A stretch of DNA of 64,000 nt from Paludibacteraceae bacterium (lineage in GTDB: Bacteria; Bacteroidota; Bacteroidia; Bacteroidales; Paludibacteraceae), in assembly GCA_017551675.1 (NCBI GenBank), contig JAFZLC010000047.1, positions 18,576 through 82,575 on the forward strand, given 5' to 3'. The notes beneath the pieces were generated by a model. That model had not been told where the DNA came from. It saw only the letters and a list, made by a program, of their open reading frames with translations, and searched no databases. Positions within the stretch are counted from its first letter, which is position 1, and each line of letters opens with the position of its first letter. A program made the position numbers and the translations under genes. Of the stretch, positions 1-10,333 are shown one piece after another.

Positions 1-307
1 CTGTAATTACCTCTGTTATATAACGGGTATTGTTATTCTGATCTACCCACGAGCGAGTCCGCAATTTCCCCTCGATATACAAAGAGGTGCCTTTCCGAAC
101 ATACATCTCAGCCACTTTGGCTAATCCCCTCCATACAACAATGTTATGCCACTCTGTGCGCTCAGGAACTTCCGATCCATCCTGACGCTTAAATCCACGC
201 TCAGTTGTAGCTAATGGAAAACTTGCAACAGGAACATCTTTTTCAACATACCTTACGTCAGGGTCTTTGCCCACATTTCCTACTAAAATTACTTTATTAA
301 CAGACAT
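1..307 (-). CDS. ssb: single-stranded DNA-binding protein, N-terminal portion (C-terminus lies beyond the left edge of the window)
   Basis: Reverse-strand translation from ATG at 305-307 gives MSVNKVILVGNVGKDPDVRYVEKDVPVASFPLATTERGFKRQDGSEVPERTEWHNIVVWRGLAKVAEMYVRKGTSLYIEGKLRTRSWVDQNNNTRYITEV. This is the classic SSB OB-fold signature (TEWH..V.W...AE....KG..LY.EG.LRTR.W.DQ.G..RY.TEV). Confidence 0.8.
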   Translation of the reverse strand, partial: MSVNKVILVGNVGKDPDVRYVEKDVPVASFPLATTERGFKRQDGSEVPERTEWHNIVVWRGLAKVAEMYVRKGTSLYIEGKLRTRSWVDQNNNTRYITEVIT

Positions 308-486
308 AGATTTAAAAATTTAAATGATTAAAAATTATTTATCACCACAAAAATAGAAAATTATTAACGTAATTCCCCAATCTTTTGGTTTACTTTTTAA
401 AATTATTTCTGTAAAGGTGAGTTCTATGAATTCTTTTTGTGGAATACTCAACTGGTGAATTTATAGAACCCGCCTTAATTAATTTG

Positions 487-1707
487 TTACATGTTATCCA
501 AATGGACATCACGGAATCCTAAGAAATAAAGGATACCATCCAATCCAATAGTAGAGAGCGACTGTTGTGCATTTGCCTTTACCTTTGGTTTCGCATGAAA
601 GGCAATACCCAGTCCGGCAAGATTCAACATCGGAAGGTCATTTGCTCCATCACCCACAGCGATCACCTGCTCCAACTCTATCTTCTCCACCTGTGCAATC
701 AGATTCAACAACTCTGCCTTACGCTTTCCATCTACAATATCACCTAGATATCGACCCGTCAATTTGCCATCTTGAATCTCCAACTGATTCGCATAGACAT
801 AATCCACGCCAAATCGTTTCTGAAGATATTTTCCAAAATAGGTGAATCCTCCCGAGAGGATGGCAATCTTAAATCCACATTTCTTCAACACCGCCATCAA
901 ACGATCAGCTCCGTCCATGATTGGCAAGTTTTCTGCTATTTCACGCATCACAGACTCATCCAATCCCTTCAGTAAAGAGACACGACGACGGAAACTCTCT
1001 GAAAAATCTATCTCACCACGCATGGCCGATTCTGTAATCTTGCGCACCTCATCACCCACACCTGCACGATCTGCCAATTCATCTATCACCTCAGTCTTGA
1101 TTAAGGTGGAATCCATATCAAAGCATATCAAACGACGATTTCTTCTGTACAAATCATCCTTTTGGAATGAAATGTCCACATTTTCCTGCGATGAAATCTC
1201 CATGAATCTTGAAGAGAGTACACTTTTATCTTCCAACTCACCACGCACGGAAAATTCGATGCACGAACGTTCGTGCTCATAATCCTCGTTTAATGAAGGA
1301 CGACCCGTTAATCTTTTGATGGAGTCAATGTTCATCGATTGTTCAGCCACCGCCTTGGTCACCAATGCCATCTGCTTGGCTGTAATCACATGTCCTAGCA
1401 TAGTCACCACATAGCGACCCTTACCCTGACGGTCTACCCAATCATCATATTCGTTGAACGTGACAGGAGAAAAACGTACCTGAACACCCAATTCATAGCA
1501 TTTAAACAATATGTCTTTCAGAATGTAACCCGACTGCTCACTATCATTTATCTTAACCATAAAACCCAACGACAAATTGTGGTGAATATCGGCCTGTCCT
1601 ACATCCAAAATGGTTGCATTGTATTTACCTAAAATTTCTGTTATAGAGGCTGTCACCCAGGGTTTATCCTCACCATGAATATTGATTAAAATGACTTCGC
1701 TAGACAT
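487..1707 (-). CDS. serB: phosphoserine phosphatase with N-terminal ACT domains (HAD superfamily)
   Basis: 406 aa. HAD motif I FDMDSTLI, later motifs GDGANDLPM, and N-terminal tandem ACT-like regions, as in long-form SerB. Confidence 0.85.
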   Translation of the reverse strand: MSSEVILINIHGEDKPWVTASITEILGKYNATILDVGQADIHHNLSLGFMVKINDSEQSGYILKDILFKCYELGVQVRFSPVTFNEYDDWVDRQGKGRYVVTMLGHVITAKQMALVTKAVAEQSMNIDSIKRLTGRPSLNEDYEHERSCIEFSVRGELEDKSVLSSRFMEISSQENVDISFQKDDLYRRNRRLICFDMDSTLIKTEVIDELADRAGVGDEVRKITESAMRGEIDFSESFRRRVSLLKGLDESVMREIAENLPIMDGADRLMAVLKKCGFKIAILSGGFTYFGKYLQKRFGVDYVYANQLEIQDGKLTGRYLGDIVDGKRKAELLNLIAQVEKIELEQVIAVGDGANDLPMLNLAGLGIAFHAKPKVKANAQQSLSTIGLDGILYFLGFRDVHLDNM

Positions 1708-1739
1708 AATGTTCTCTTATAATTCTAAATTTGAGCATG

Positions 1740-1747
1740 CAAAGATA
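1740..1747 (-). promoter_or_regulatory. candidate Bacteroides-type -7 element (TATCTTTG) about 33 nt upstream of the serB start codon
   Basis: The plus strand reads CAAAGATA here, so the minus strand reads TATCTTTG, matching the TAnnTTTG consensus. Spacing to the ATG at 1707 is compatible with a short leader. Confidence 0.3.
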
Positions 1748-1834
1748 GCACTTTAATCTGAATCAATCCCCATTAAATCCGCATAAATCATCACATAACA
1801 TCATATGAATATCACCATAAAATTGACAAATAAT

Positions 1835-1865
1835 TTTGTTTTTATTAAAACATATCATACCTTTG
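1835..1865 (+). promoter_or_regulatory. strong match to the Bacteroides sigma-A promoter (TTTG-N19-TACCTTTG) with no gene nearby on the plus strand
   Basis: TTTG at 1835-1838, a 19-nt spacer, and TACCTTTG at 1858-1865. The 15-mer CATACCTTTGCAACG is identical to the core upstream of tRNA-Met at 56687-56694 on the minus strand. Confidence 0.35.
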
Positions 1866-2398
1866 CAACGTTATGATTGAATGAACTACCTTGCATAACA
1901 AGAATTTCTATCTGAGATTTACCTAATCACTAAGTTAGTTCTATTCATTTTTAAATTATATGCTATGGGAATTTATATTCTGAAATATAACATAACAAAT
2001 TGATTATCAATAATTAGCAATTAAAATGATGCTACAAGTTTCGCATCATTCGAATGGTTGTTGTGTCTTCTCTTCATAACAATACAAGACCTATCAAGCC
2101 CGAAAAGATTTAATTTTTCTTTGTACAGGCCACTCAGTAGGGTTTGATGGGTCTTTATTTTATGTCGTTAATTTAGACAATCTAGTTTGGTTGGTGATGC
2201 AACATGGTTTCCGAATGAGTTGAAGGAAATTCTTCTGTTTTTGCTTTTATAAATTCCTAAGATATTATAATATTGCAAATAAAAACAAGGGGAGGAAGGT
2301 CCTCCCAAAAATCCAATAGGATACGGATTTGCAAAGAGAAGAGAGTAATCATTAATGGGAGAGACTTTCTCATTCGTTCATTCACCATCAAAAAATAA

Positions 2399-3625
2399 AT
2401 GAAAGAATTAGTATTAGGTATTCAGAATTTTTTATTCAACATCGGTATTTTGAATGGAGATGGAAGCATTCATGATAAGATGATAGGGTTATGTGTGATT
2501 GTAGCACTAACCGTTTTATGTGATTTGATATGTCGGCAATTGGCCATGTTAGTTCTACATATTCACGCGAAGATCACAAAAAAAACGTCGGAAGAGACCG
2601 TCCAACACAAACGTCTTCTGAAATCAATTGCCGCCATCATACCCGCTTTTGTGGTGAATCTATTTCTTCCTCTCGCTTTTGATGAAGGATCAGACTGGTA
2701 TGTATGGATCAACAAGCTATGCAATATCTACATTCTGGTAATGGTGATTTTGTTTATCTCATCCCTACTCAGCTACTTATACACGAAACAAACCTATTCG
2801 CAGAAAAACACGCCAAAAAGTAATTTACCCTACACCATATTATATCAGATTATTCGATACATCATCGCAATTATCGGAATCATCATTGGGGCAAGTATTT
2901 TGTTGGACAAATCGCCAAGAGCCTTTCTGACAGGATTGGGAGCCTCTGCCGCCGTTCTATCCTACATCTTTAAGGATACACTCATCAATCTGGTTTCCGG
3001 TATGCAATTATTAGGTAATAAGATGGTGCAACCTGGCGATTGGATCACCATTCCCAAGCACAACATCAACGGTATAGTTCGTAAAATCACCATCAACACG
3101 GTGAAGATCCAAAACTTTGACAACACCACAATGACCATTCCTCCTGCCACCCTGCTCAACGACTCTTTTCAAAACTGGAAAACTATCAAAAAAACAGGGT
3201 CAAGAAGAGTAGCCCGTTCTCTCAACATCGATATGCACAGTATCCATTTCTGCACATCCAACGAGATTGAAAAATATAAATCCATCCCATTGATCAAACC
3301 ATACCTTGAAAAATGGGAAAATTCCAGAAAAGTGGAAAATCAGGAAACTTCTCCTGAAATTATTATCAACGGAGAAAATCCGACCAACCTAAAACTGTTC
3401 ATGCTCTATTTGGAAGCTTACATCGCAACCATCCCATCCTTCGATAAAAAGGAGCTATATATGGTACGCCAACTGCAACCAACAGAGAATGGATTGCCCA
3501 TCGAAATCTATTTCTTTACCAAAGAGTGTGATTGGAAGAAATACGAGATGGTACAGTCGGATGCCTTCAACCACATATTAGCAGCAGTCAACTTTTTCGA
3601 TTTATCTGTCCTTCAACGCATATAA
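2399..3625 (+). CDS. mechanosensitive ion channel family protein (MscS-like)
   Basis: 408 aa. Several N-terminal transmembrane helices followed by the MscS beta-domain signature (GD.ITI…G.V..I.I..T.I.N.DN…IPN..L..). Confidence 0.7.
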   Translation: MKELVLGIQNFLFNIGILNGDGSIHDKMIGLCVIVALTVLCDLICRQLAMLVLHIHAKITKKTSEETVQHKRLLKSIAAIIPAFVVNLFLPLAFDEGSDWYVWINKLCNIYILVMVILFISSLLSYLYTKQTYSQKNTPKSNLPYTILYQIIRYIIAIIGIIIGASILLDKSPRAFLTGLGASAAVLSYIFKDTLINLVSGMQLLGNKMVQPGDWITIPKHNINGIVRKITINTVKIQNFDNTTMTIPPATLLNDSFQNWKTIKKTGSRRVARSLNIDMHSIHFCTSNEIEKYKSIPLIKPYLEKWENSRKVENQETSPEIIINGENPTNLKLFMLYLEAYIATIPSFDKKELYMVRQLQPTENGLPIEIYFFTKECDWKKYEMVQSDAFNHILAAVNFFDLSVLQRI

Positions 3626-3900
3626 AATCAGCTGCTAATGATTGTAAATTCATACGAAACACATAAATTTGCACCATGAATTAAAAACGGTGAATTCTAT
3701 AAATTCATCGTTGAAACAAAAAGTTAGTATAAATCGTGGGAAGATAAACTTTTCGGCGCTTTTTGATTTATTCTATATCTTACTGATTATCAGTATCTCA
3801 TAATGGAGACGATGTACACATCATCTCTACAAAAAAGAATCAAAGAAATTTCAAAAATCCCCCCGAAATGAATTTATAAAACCCACCAAAAAAGAGTTAT

Positions 3901-5592
3901 ATGGCTGAAAATATTCAGGAAAATGAAGAGAAAAAAACTTTGAACTTCATTGAAGAGATTGTAGAGGAAGATTTAAAAGAAGGTCGTAACGGGGGTCGTA
4001 TTCAAACCCGTTTCCCTCCTGAACCTAATGGTTACCTACATATCGGTCACGCCAAAGCCATCTGCATGGATTTTGGTATTGCTAAGAACTATAACGGAAT
4101 CTGTAATCTTCGTTTCGATGACACCAACCCTGTGAAGGAAGATGTTGAATATGTTGACTCCATCAAGGAGGATATTCAATGGCTTGGCTTCCAATGGGCA
4201 AATGTCTACTACGCTTCTGATTATTTCCAGCAGTTATGGGACTTGGCTGTTCGTTTCATAAAAGAGGGCAAAGCATACGTTGATGAACAAACAGCAGAAG
4301 AGATTGCAAAACAAAAAGGTACCCCAACCACTCCTGGTGTTGAGAGTCCATATAGAAACCGTTCTGTCGAGGAGAACCTTCGTCTCTTCATGGAGATGTC
4401 TGAAGGTAAGATTGAAGATGGAAAGATGGTGCTTCGTGCCAAAATTGACATGGCTAATCCTAACATGCACTTCCGTGATCCGATTATCTATCGTATCATC
4501 ACAACACATCCTCACCACCGCACAGGTACTAAGTGGAAAGTATATCCAATGTATGATTTCGCACATGGACAATCCGACTACTTTGAAGGTGTGACTCACT
4601 CTCTTTGTACGCTTGAATTTGAAGTCCACCGTCCACTATACGACTGGTTTATAGACCAATTTGCAGATAGTGACTATCGCCCTAAACAGCGAGAGTTCAA
4701 CCGTCTGAACATCACCTATACCGTGATGAGTAAACGTAAGATGTTACAATTGGTTCAAGAGGGTTTGGTTCGTGGATGGGACGATCCTCGTATGCCAACA
4801 ATCTGCGGTTTACGTCGTCGTGGATATACACCTTCTTCCATCAGAAACTTCATCAAACGTATTGGTTATACCAAATATGACGGTGTGATCGACGTCTCAT
4901 TGTTGGAAGCTACTATCCGTGAGGAATTAAACACAACGGCAATGCGTGTCAACGCAGTTATAAAGCCTATCAAACTTATCCTCACCAACTATCCAGAAGG
5001 AAAGGTTGAGATGATGGAGGCCATCAACAATCCAGAAGATGAAAGCATGGGTAGCCGTGAGATTCCATTCTCTCGCGAATTATATATCGAGAGTGATGAT
5101 TTCATGGAGGATGCTCCTAAGAAATATTTCCGTCTGACACCAGGCAATGAAGTTCGTTTGAAGAACGGCTACATCATCAAATGCACAGGCTGCAAGAAAG
5201 ATGCAGAAGGTAAGGTGACAGAGGTTTATGCTGAATATGATCCAGAGACAAAGAGCGGTATGCCAGGTAGCGACAGAAAAGTAAAAGGAACCATTCACTG
5301 GGTTTCCGTACAACACGCTATCCCTGCAGAGGTTCGTCTCTACGACAGACTTTTCAACGTGGAGAATCCAGGCGACGAGAAGGACAAAGACTTCCGCGAA
5401 CTGCTCAATCCTGAATCTCTTACCATCGCCAATGCTATGGTAGAACCATGGTTGAAAAATGCGAAAACCCTACAAAACTTCCAATTCCAACGTATCGGTT
5501 ACTTCAATGTAGATCCAGACTCTACACCAGACAAGTTAGTCTTCAACCGTACAGTGGCTTTGAAAGATAGCTGGGCTAAGATTGCTAAATAA
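3901..5592 (+). CDS. glnS: glutamine--tRNA ligase
   Basis: 563 aa. Class I synthetase HIGH motif ([14 protein letters not shown]) and KMSKS-type motif (VMSKR). Overall colinear with GlnRS. Confidence 0.9.
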   Translation: MAENIQENEEKKTLNFIEEIVEEDLKEGRNGGRIQTRFPPEPNGYLHIGHAKAICMDFGIAKNYNGICNLRFDDTNPVKEDVEYVDSIKEDIQWLGFQWANVYYASDYFQQLWDLAVRFIKEGKAYVDEQTAEEIAKQKGTPTTPGVESPYRNRSVEENLRLFMEMSEGKIEDGKMVLRAKIDMANPNMHFRDPIIYRIITTHPHHRTGTKWKVYPMYDFAHGQSDYFEGVTHSLCTLEFEVHRPLYDWFIDQFADSDYRPKQREFNRLNITYTVMSKRKMLQLVQEGLVRGWDDPRMPTICGLRRRGYTPSSIRNFIKRIGYTKYDGVIDVSLLEATIREELNTTAMRVNAVIKPIKLILTNYPEGKVEMMEAINNPEDESMGSREIPFSRELYIESDDFMEDAPKKYFRLTPGNEVRLKNGYIIKCTGCKKDAEGKVTEVYAEYDPETKSGMPGSDRKVKGTIHWVSVQHAIPAEVRLYDRLFNVENPGDEKDKDFRELLNPESLTIANAMVEPWLKNAKTLQNFQFQRIGYFNVDPDSTPDKLVFNRTVALKDSWAKIAK

Positions 5593-5611
5593 GTTTGTTA
5601 TTATAAATAAT

Positions 5612-5650
5612 GAGGGCGTATCAAAATAAATTTCGGTACGCCCTCTTTTG
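5612..5650. terminator. bidirectional rho-independent terminator between glnS (+) and the rhodanese gene (-)
   Basis: Stem GAGGGCGTA…TACGCCCTC followed by TTTTG. There is an A/T run on the other side for the convergent gene. Confidence 0.55.
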
Positions 5651-5703
5651 TCTCTACTCAATAGAAACCCTAATTCCGCAACACATTAAATAATCTGTTT
5701 TCA

Positions 5704-6084
5704 CTATTTATCAGGAGTCACCATCTTATACTTCTTGCCCCATTCAAGTACGCCACCCTCCATGTTGTAGACATCCTTGAATCCCAGTTCCACCATTTTA
5801 TTCATGGCACTCAAACTGCGGCGACCAGACCGGCAATAGAGCAACACCGTTTTTTTCTTTTTCAGTTTTTTAATCTTATCTGAAAATGAGGCATCGCGCC
5901 AATCGATGTTAATAGCTCCTTCAATATGTCCTGAAGCAAATTCCTGAGGCGTACGTACATCCACAATCTGTAACTGCTTACACTCATCTATCATTTTTTT
6001 TGCTTCATCCACATTCACATTTTTCTGTCCAAAACAAAATATTGGGAGAAAAGAGAGCATCAATAAAAACAATTTCTTCTTCAT
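5704..6084 (-). CDS. secreted rhodanese-like sulfurtransferase domain protein
   Basis: 126 aa. N-terminal signal peptide and the rhodanese active-site loop CRSGRRS. Confidence 0.7.
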   Translation of the reverse strand: MKKKLFLLMLSFLPIFCFGQKNVNVDEAKKMIDECKQLQIVDVRTPQEFASGHIEGAINIDWRDASFSDKIKKLKKKKTVLLYCRSGRRSLSAMNKMVELGFKDVYNMEGGVLEWGKKYKMVTPDK

Positions 6085-6175
6085 ATTTTCAAATTTGAAT
6101 TTTAAAATAAAACGATTTGCGCAAATTTAAAGTATCTTTGCAAAATAAAAAATAAAAACAATAATAGAAGAAGAT

Positions 6176-7276
6176 ATGGCATTACAATGTGGCATTGTTG
6201 GATTGCCCAACGTAGGTAAATCCACCCTTTTCAATTGCTTATCAAACGCAAAGGCTCAGGCAGCCAACTTTCCCTTTTGTACAATAGAACCTAACGTAGG
6301 TGTCATCACCGTTCCCGACGAACGTTTGAACAAACTGGCTGAGATCGATCACCCTCAACGTGTAATCCCCACCACTGTCGAGATCGTTGACATTGCAGGT
6401 TTGGTGAAGGGTGCCAGCAAGGGAGAAGGATTAGGAAATAAGTTCCTTGCCAACATCCGTGAAACAGACGCCATTCTGCATGTCCTACGTTGCTTTGATG
6501 ATGATAACGTGACACATGTGGACGGTTCTGTTGACCCTGTACGCGATAAAGAGATCATCGATATGGAACTTCAAATGAAGGACCTCGAAACGGTTGAGAG
6601 TCGTATTCAGAAAACAGAGAAACAAGCAAAGGCTGGAGGTGATAAATCCGCTAAAGCCTTGTTGGATATTTTAGTTAGATATAAAGAGGCATTGTTGAAT
6701 GGCAAATCAGCCCGCACGGTTGAACTAACAAAAGAGGAGAAACCTTTGGCAAAAGACCTCTTCTTGTTAACTACCAAACCTGTACTTTACGTATGCAACG
6801 TAGACGAAGGTAGTGCAGTCAATGGTAACAAATATACTCAAGCTGTGGCAGAAGCCATCAAAGAAGAGAATGCAGAGATGCTGATTGTGGCTGCTGCTAC
6901 TGAAGCTGATATCGCTGAATTAGAGACATACGAAGAACGTCAGATGTTCTTGGAAGAGGTAGGATTGAAAGAGTCTGGTGTTGCTCGTCTAATCAAAGCA
7001 GCTTATAAGTTGCTCGATTTGCAAACATTCTTCACTTCCGGATCGGACGAGACGCGTGCATGGACCTTCCGTCGTGGCATGAAGGCTCCTCAATGTGCTG
7101 GTATCATTCACACCGATTTTGAGAAAGGATTCATCCGTGCTGAAGTAATCAAATATGAGGATTATGTCTCTTTAGGTTCTGAAGCTGCATGTCGTGAGGC
7201 AGGTAAAATCGCTATCGAAGGAAAAGATTATATCGGTCAGGATGGCGACATCATGCATTTCAGATTTAATGTGTAA
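6176..7276 (+). CDS. ychF: redox-regulated ATPase YchF (Obg-family GTPase)
   Basis: 366 aa. G1 motif [15 protein letters not shown] and a C-terminal TGS domain. Confidence 0.9.
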   Translation: MALQCGIVGLPNVGKSTLFNCLSNAKAQAANFPFCTIEPNVGVITVPDERLNKLAEIDHPQRVIPTTVEIVDIAGLVKGASKGEGLGNKFLANIRETDAILHVLRCFDDDNVTHVDGSVDPVRDKEIIDMELQMKDLETVESRIQKTEKQAKAGGDKSAKALLDILVRYKEALLNGKSARTVELTKEEKPLAKDLFLLTTKPVLYVCNVDEGSAVNGNKYTQAVAEAIKEENAEMLIVAAATEADIAELETYEERQMFLEEVGLKESGVARLIKAAYKLLDLQTFFTSGSDETRAWTFRRGMKAPQCAGIIHTDFEKGFIRAEVIKYEDYVSLGSEAACREAGKIAIEGKDYIGQDGDIMHFRFNV

Positions 7277-7300
7277 TGGATTCATCCCACAATAAAATAA

Positions 7301-7331
7301 AAAAGGTCAGCTAAACACTGACCTTTTTTCG
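7301..7331. terminator. bidirectional rho-independent terminator between ychF (+) and argC (-)
   Basis: AAAAAAGGTCAG-ctaaaca-CTGACCTTTTTTCG: a GC stem flanked by an A-run and a T-run. Confidence 0.6.
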
Positions 7332-7364
7332 TATATATGAGTTCTTAAAGTAAATTCTATAAAA

Positions 7365-8327
7365 TTAGAATCCGCTTGGTTTCAATTTCAAACCTGTCAT
7401 TTCATCCAAACCGAACATCAAATTCATGTTTTGTACAGCTTGACCGGAAGCACCCTTCAACAAGTTATCTATCATTGAGATGATGAGCACCTTGTTACCA
7501 TGTTTCTCCACATGAACAATACCTTTATTCGTATTCACCACCTGTTTCAAATCTGGATTGGCATCCATCACATGAGTAAAGGCTGCATCCTTGTAAAAAT
7601 CTTTATAGATCTTCTGAATCTCTTCCAATTCCAAATCGCACTCCGTATATTGAGATACAAAGATACCTCTTGGGAAGTCACCACGTACAGGAAGGAAGTT
7701 GATAGCATGATCAAAACCAGGCTGCAACTGGCGCATAGTTTGTGTAATCTCCAATAAGTGTTGATGAGTAAAGGCTTTATAGATGGAGATGTTATTGTTT
7801 CTCCAGCTAAAATGAGATGTAGCCCCTGGCTTTACACCCGCACCCGTCGAACCAGTGATACCATTGGTATGAACCTCACCTTTGATCAAACCTTTGGCAG
7901 CCAAAGGAAGAAGACCGATTTGAATAGCTGTAGCGAAGCAACCTGGATTAGCCACCTTCGTTGCCTTCTTAATACGCTCTCTGTTGATTTCAGGCAACCC
8001 ATATACGAAACCATTGCTCTCATCACGGTAATCCTGTGAAAGATCAATGATCTTAACACGAGCAGGAATCTCATGCGATTCAATGAATTTTTTACTGTCT
8101 CCATGTCCAGAGCAAATGAACAATGCATCAATCTGATCCAATGGAAGTGCATCCGTAAACGTCATCTCTGTCTCCCCAAAGAGTCCCTCATGCACATCAT
8201 ATAATTTATTACCCGCATTACTGCTACTATTCACGAAAGTGATCTCCACCTGTGGATGGTTAATGAGAATACGAAGAGTCTCACCTGCCGTATATCCAGC
8301 ACCACCAATGATTCCAACTTTAATCAT
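7365..8327 (-). CDS. argC: N-acetyl-gamma-glutamyl-phosphate reductase
   Basis: 320 aa. N-terminal NAD(P)-binding motif MIKVGIIGGAGYTAGE and the catalytic Cys region (PGCFAT). Confidence 0.9.
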   Translation of the reverse strand: MIKVGIIGGAGYTAGETLRILINHPQVEITFVNSSSNAGNKLYDVHEGLFGETEMTFTDALPLDQIDALFICSGHGDSKKFIESHEIPARVKIIDLSQDYRDESNGFVYGLPEINRERIKKATKVANPGCFATAIQIGLLPLAAKGLIKGEVHTNGITGSTGAGVKPGATSHFSWRNNNISIYKAFTHQHLLEITQTMRQLQPGFDHAINFLPVRGDFPRGIFVSQYTECDLELEEIQKIYKDFYKDAAFTHVMDANPDLKQVVNTNKGIVHVEKHGNKVLIISMIDNLLKGASGQAVQNMNLMFGLDEMTGLKLKPSGF

Positions 8328-8356
8328 ATTACTAAAAATTGCTATTTCTTTTTATA

Positions 8357-8782
8357 TTAAAACGTAAGGACGATTTGGTTTTTCTTCACCAAGTCATACA
8401 GATCTTGTATACATGAGACCTTGCATATCTTTGTTCCATCCATCTGACGAGACTTGAAACAAGTTTGGCATCCCATGATGACACCGCCCAACTCTATGAA
8501 CTCATCCACTTTTTGTTTGATATCTGCATTTTCAGCCATCAGTTTCTCCAATTCAACACCTTTTCCCAATAGGAAAATCTGAACTTGATTATCCCACTCT
8601 TGTGAATAGGCAGCTAATCGCATTGCATTATATACCGTCTCTACATCATTGGAATATAAAACGATGCCTATACTCTTAGGTTCTTCTGGATTGTTGTACT
8701 TGACATTATCTCTTAATGCCTGTGCAGAAAGAGAACAAACACTTGTAATAACGAATAAAAAAGCCAATAAATATTTTTTCAT
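8357..8782 (-). CDS. secreted DsrE/DsrF-like family protein (function unknown)
   Basis: Signal peptide MKKYLLAFLFVITSVCSLSAQ if translation starts at the internal Met; the ORF track extends to 8851. Conserved Cys-containing GCQTC motif, as in DsrE/YchN-like proteins. Confidence 0.45.
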   Translation of the reverse strand: MKKYLLAFLFVITSVCSLSAQALRDNVKYNNPEEPKSIGIVLYSNDVETVYNAMRLAAYSQEWDNQVQIFLLGKGVELEKLMAENADIKQKVDEFIELGGVIMGCQTCFKSRQMDGTKICKVSCIQDLYDLVKKNQIVLTF

Positions 8783-8959
8783 CTCTCGTCGTTTTTTAAG
8801 AACCCTGTAAAGGTTCCTCGTTTGTAAATTTATATTAGACAGAAGTGGCAACCACTCTTTTGCATGTTACTCTTCCTTCATCAAAATCAAACAACGGCAA
8901 AGTTACACGTTTTTTCTCATCTAAGCCAATAGAAAGGAGAAAAGATGAGGGGAAGATTC

Positions 8960-9904
8960 CTACATGGATTTCAACCGATATTCATTCGGAGAAAAACCTG
9001 TATGAGCTTTGAAATAGCGACAAAAGAAGGTAGCTGTTGGGAAGTTCAGTTCCGCCACAATCTCTTTCAGTGTCATATTGGTATTTTTCAATAGCACCAT
9101 TGCCTCCTGAATCAAGAACTTCTGAATGGCCTCACTCGGTGTCTTGTTGGATGCCGCTTTAACACATACTGATAGGTACTTAGGGGTTAGTCCCATCTGA
9201 GTCGCATAATAATTCACAGAATGTTCTTTTTTGAAATTATGGATGACCAATTTCATGAACTCTGCATAGATCTCCTGATTACGATCCAAGAAAAGTGTTT
9301 TCGTATCAATGTTCACCACCGACTGAAAGCTACATATTTCGTGAAGGAAGGAGAGTATTTGGTGACAGATAATTTCATTTCTGAAACGGATGGTGTCATC
9401 CAAACAATATTTAGCCATCTTATCGACATACTCACTAATGAGAACCGCTTCGGCGGGAGTGACAGAATGAATCGCCTCTTGTGAAATGGAGGCCAAACGC
9501 TTCCATATAGAGGCGCACTGGGTAGTCAGCGAGGTCATATACTTTTGCGACACGACCATGAAGGAACCTTCAAATTGGTTGATTTCGAAAAACTCCATCA
9601 CACAATCAGAGGCGGTGAGCAAAAACTCTCCTGCTTTTATGCTATACATTTTTGTATCGATGGAAAAACGGGAAGAACCAGCCGTACAATAGACAAAAAC
9701 GAAGTATTTGATACGTACCGGATATTTTGGTTTGGGGATGTACGCCATATTATTGGTACGAACCACCAAGATATCATCATCCAAGATGGGAAGGGATGGA
9801 ATTCTTTTAAAGTCAGCTAAACTAATGATGTTCATAATTTCCTTTTTAAAGTTCGATATATCTAATTTTGTGCACAAAAATAGCCCAATTTTCCAAATTT
9901 GCAC
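8960..9904 (-). CDS. AraC-family transcriptional regulator
   Basis: C-terminal double helix-turn-helix typical of AraC/XylS (…LKEIVAELNFPTATFFCRYFKAHTGFSPNEYR). The true start may be the internal Met at about 9835. Confidence 0.75.
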   Translation of the reverse strand: MQIWKIGLFLCTKLDISNFKKEIMNIISLADFKRIPSLPILDDDILVVRTNNMAYIPKPKYPVRIKYFVFVYCTAGSSRFSIDTKMYSIKAGEFLLTASDCVMEFFEINQFEGSFMVVSQKYMTSLTTQCASIWKRLASISQEAIHSVTPAEAVLISEYVDKMAKYCLDDTIRFRNEIICHQILSFLHEICSFQSVVNIDTKTLFLDRNQEIYAEFMKLVIHNFKKEHSVNYYATQMGLTPKYLSVCVKAASNKTPSEAIQKFLIQEAMVLLKNTNMTLKEIVAELNFPTATFFCRYFKAHTGFSPNEYRLKSM

Positions 9905-10006
9905 CTATTTTTTGGAAATTTGTGACATAATAAATGTGCAAATTGTTTTGTGGATACGGAAATAAGCGCGAAATTTGCATTGTTAATTTTAATTAAAAAG
10001 TTGGTT

Positions 10007-10246
10007 ATGGATAAAAATGAATTGATTGAGAAAGTAAATACTGTACTTGCCGATGAATTTGAAGTAGAATTATCTGATATTGCAGAAGATAAGAATATCA
10101 AGACAACTTTAAATTTGGATAGTTTAAGTTTGGTTGATTTGGTTGCTTTGATTGAGGAAGAGTTCAGTGTCAAGATTAAAGGTACTGAAATGACATCAAT
10201 CCAAACATTCGGTGATTTGTATAACTATCTCGCAGAAAGAGCATAA
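10007..10246 (+). CDS. acyl carrier protein (orphan; not in a fab cluster)
   Basis: 79 aa from ATG 10007. The ORF track begins at 9950, but MDKNELIEK follows a typical spacer. Phosphopantetheine attachment context LDSLSLVDLV with an acidic helix II (EEEF). Confidence 0.7.
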   Translation: MDKNELIEKVNTVLADEFEVELSDIAEDKNIKTTLNLDSLSLVDLVALIEEEFSVKIKGTEMTSIQTFGDLYNYLAERA

Positions 10247-10264
10247 CAAAGAATGTTCGAAATA

Positions 10265-10312
10265 AATAGGAAGGGCGGAATGCTAAGCATTTCGCCCTTC
10301 CTATTTTCTATT
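10265..10312 (+). terminator. rho-independent terminator after the ACP gene
   Basis: 12-bp stem ATAGGAAGGGCG…CGCCCTTCCTAT followed by TTTCTATTGTTT. Confidence 0.55.
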
Positions 10313-10333
10313 GTTTAGAGAAGTATTTTAAGA

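Noticed and set aside
9950-10006. Upstream extension of the ACP ORF (track start at 9950)
   Set aside because: The first 19 codons (MDTEISAKFALLILIKKLV) overlap the AAATTTGCA operator-like boxes and are not ACP-like. MDKNELIEK at 10007 gives a canonical ACP length.
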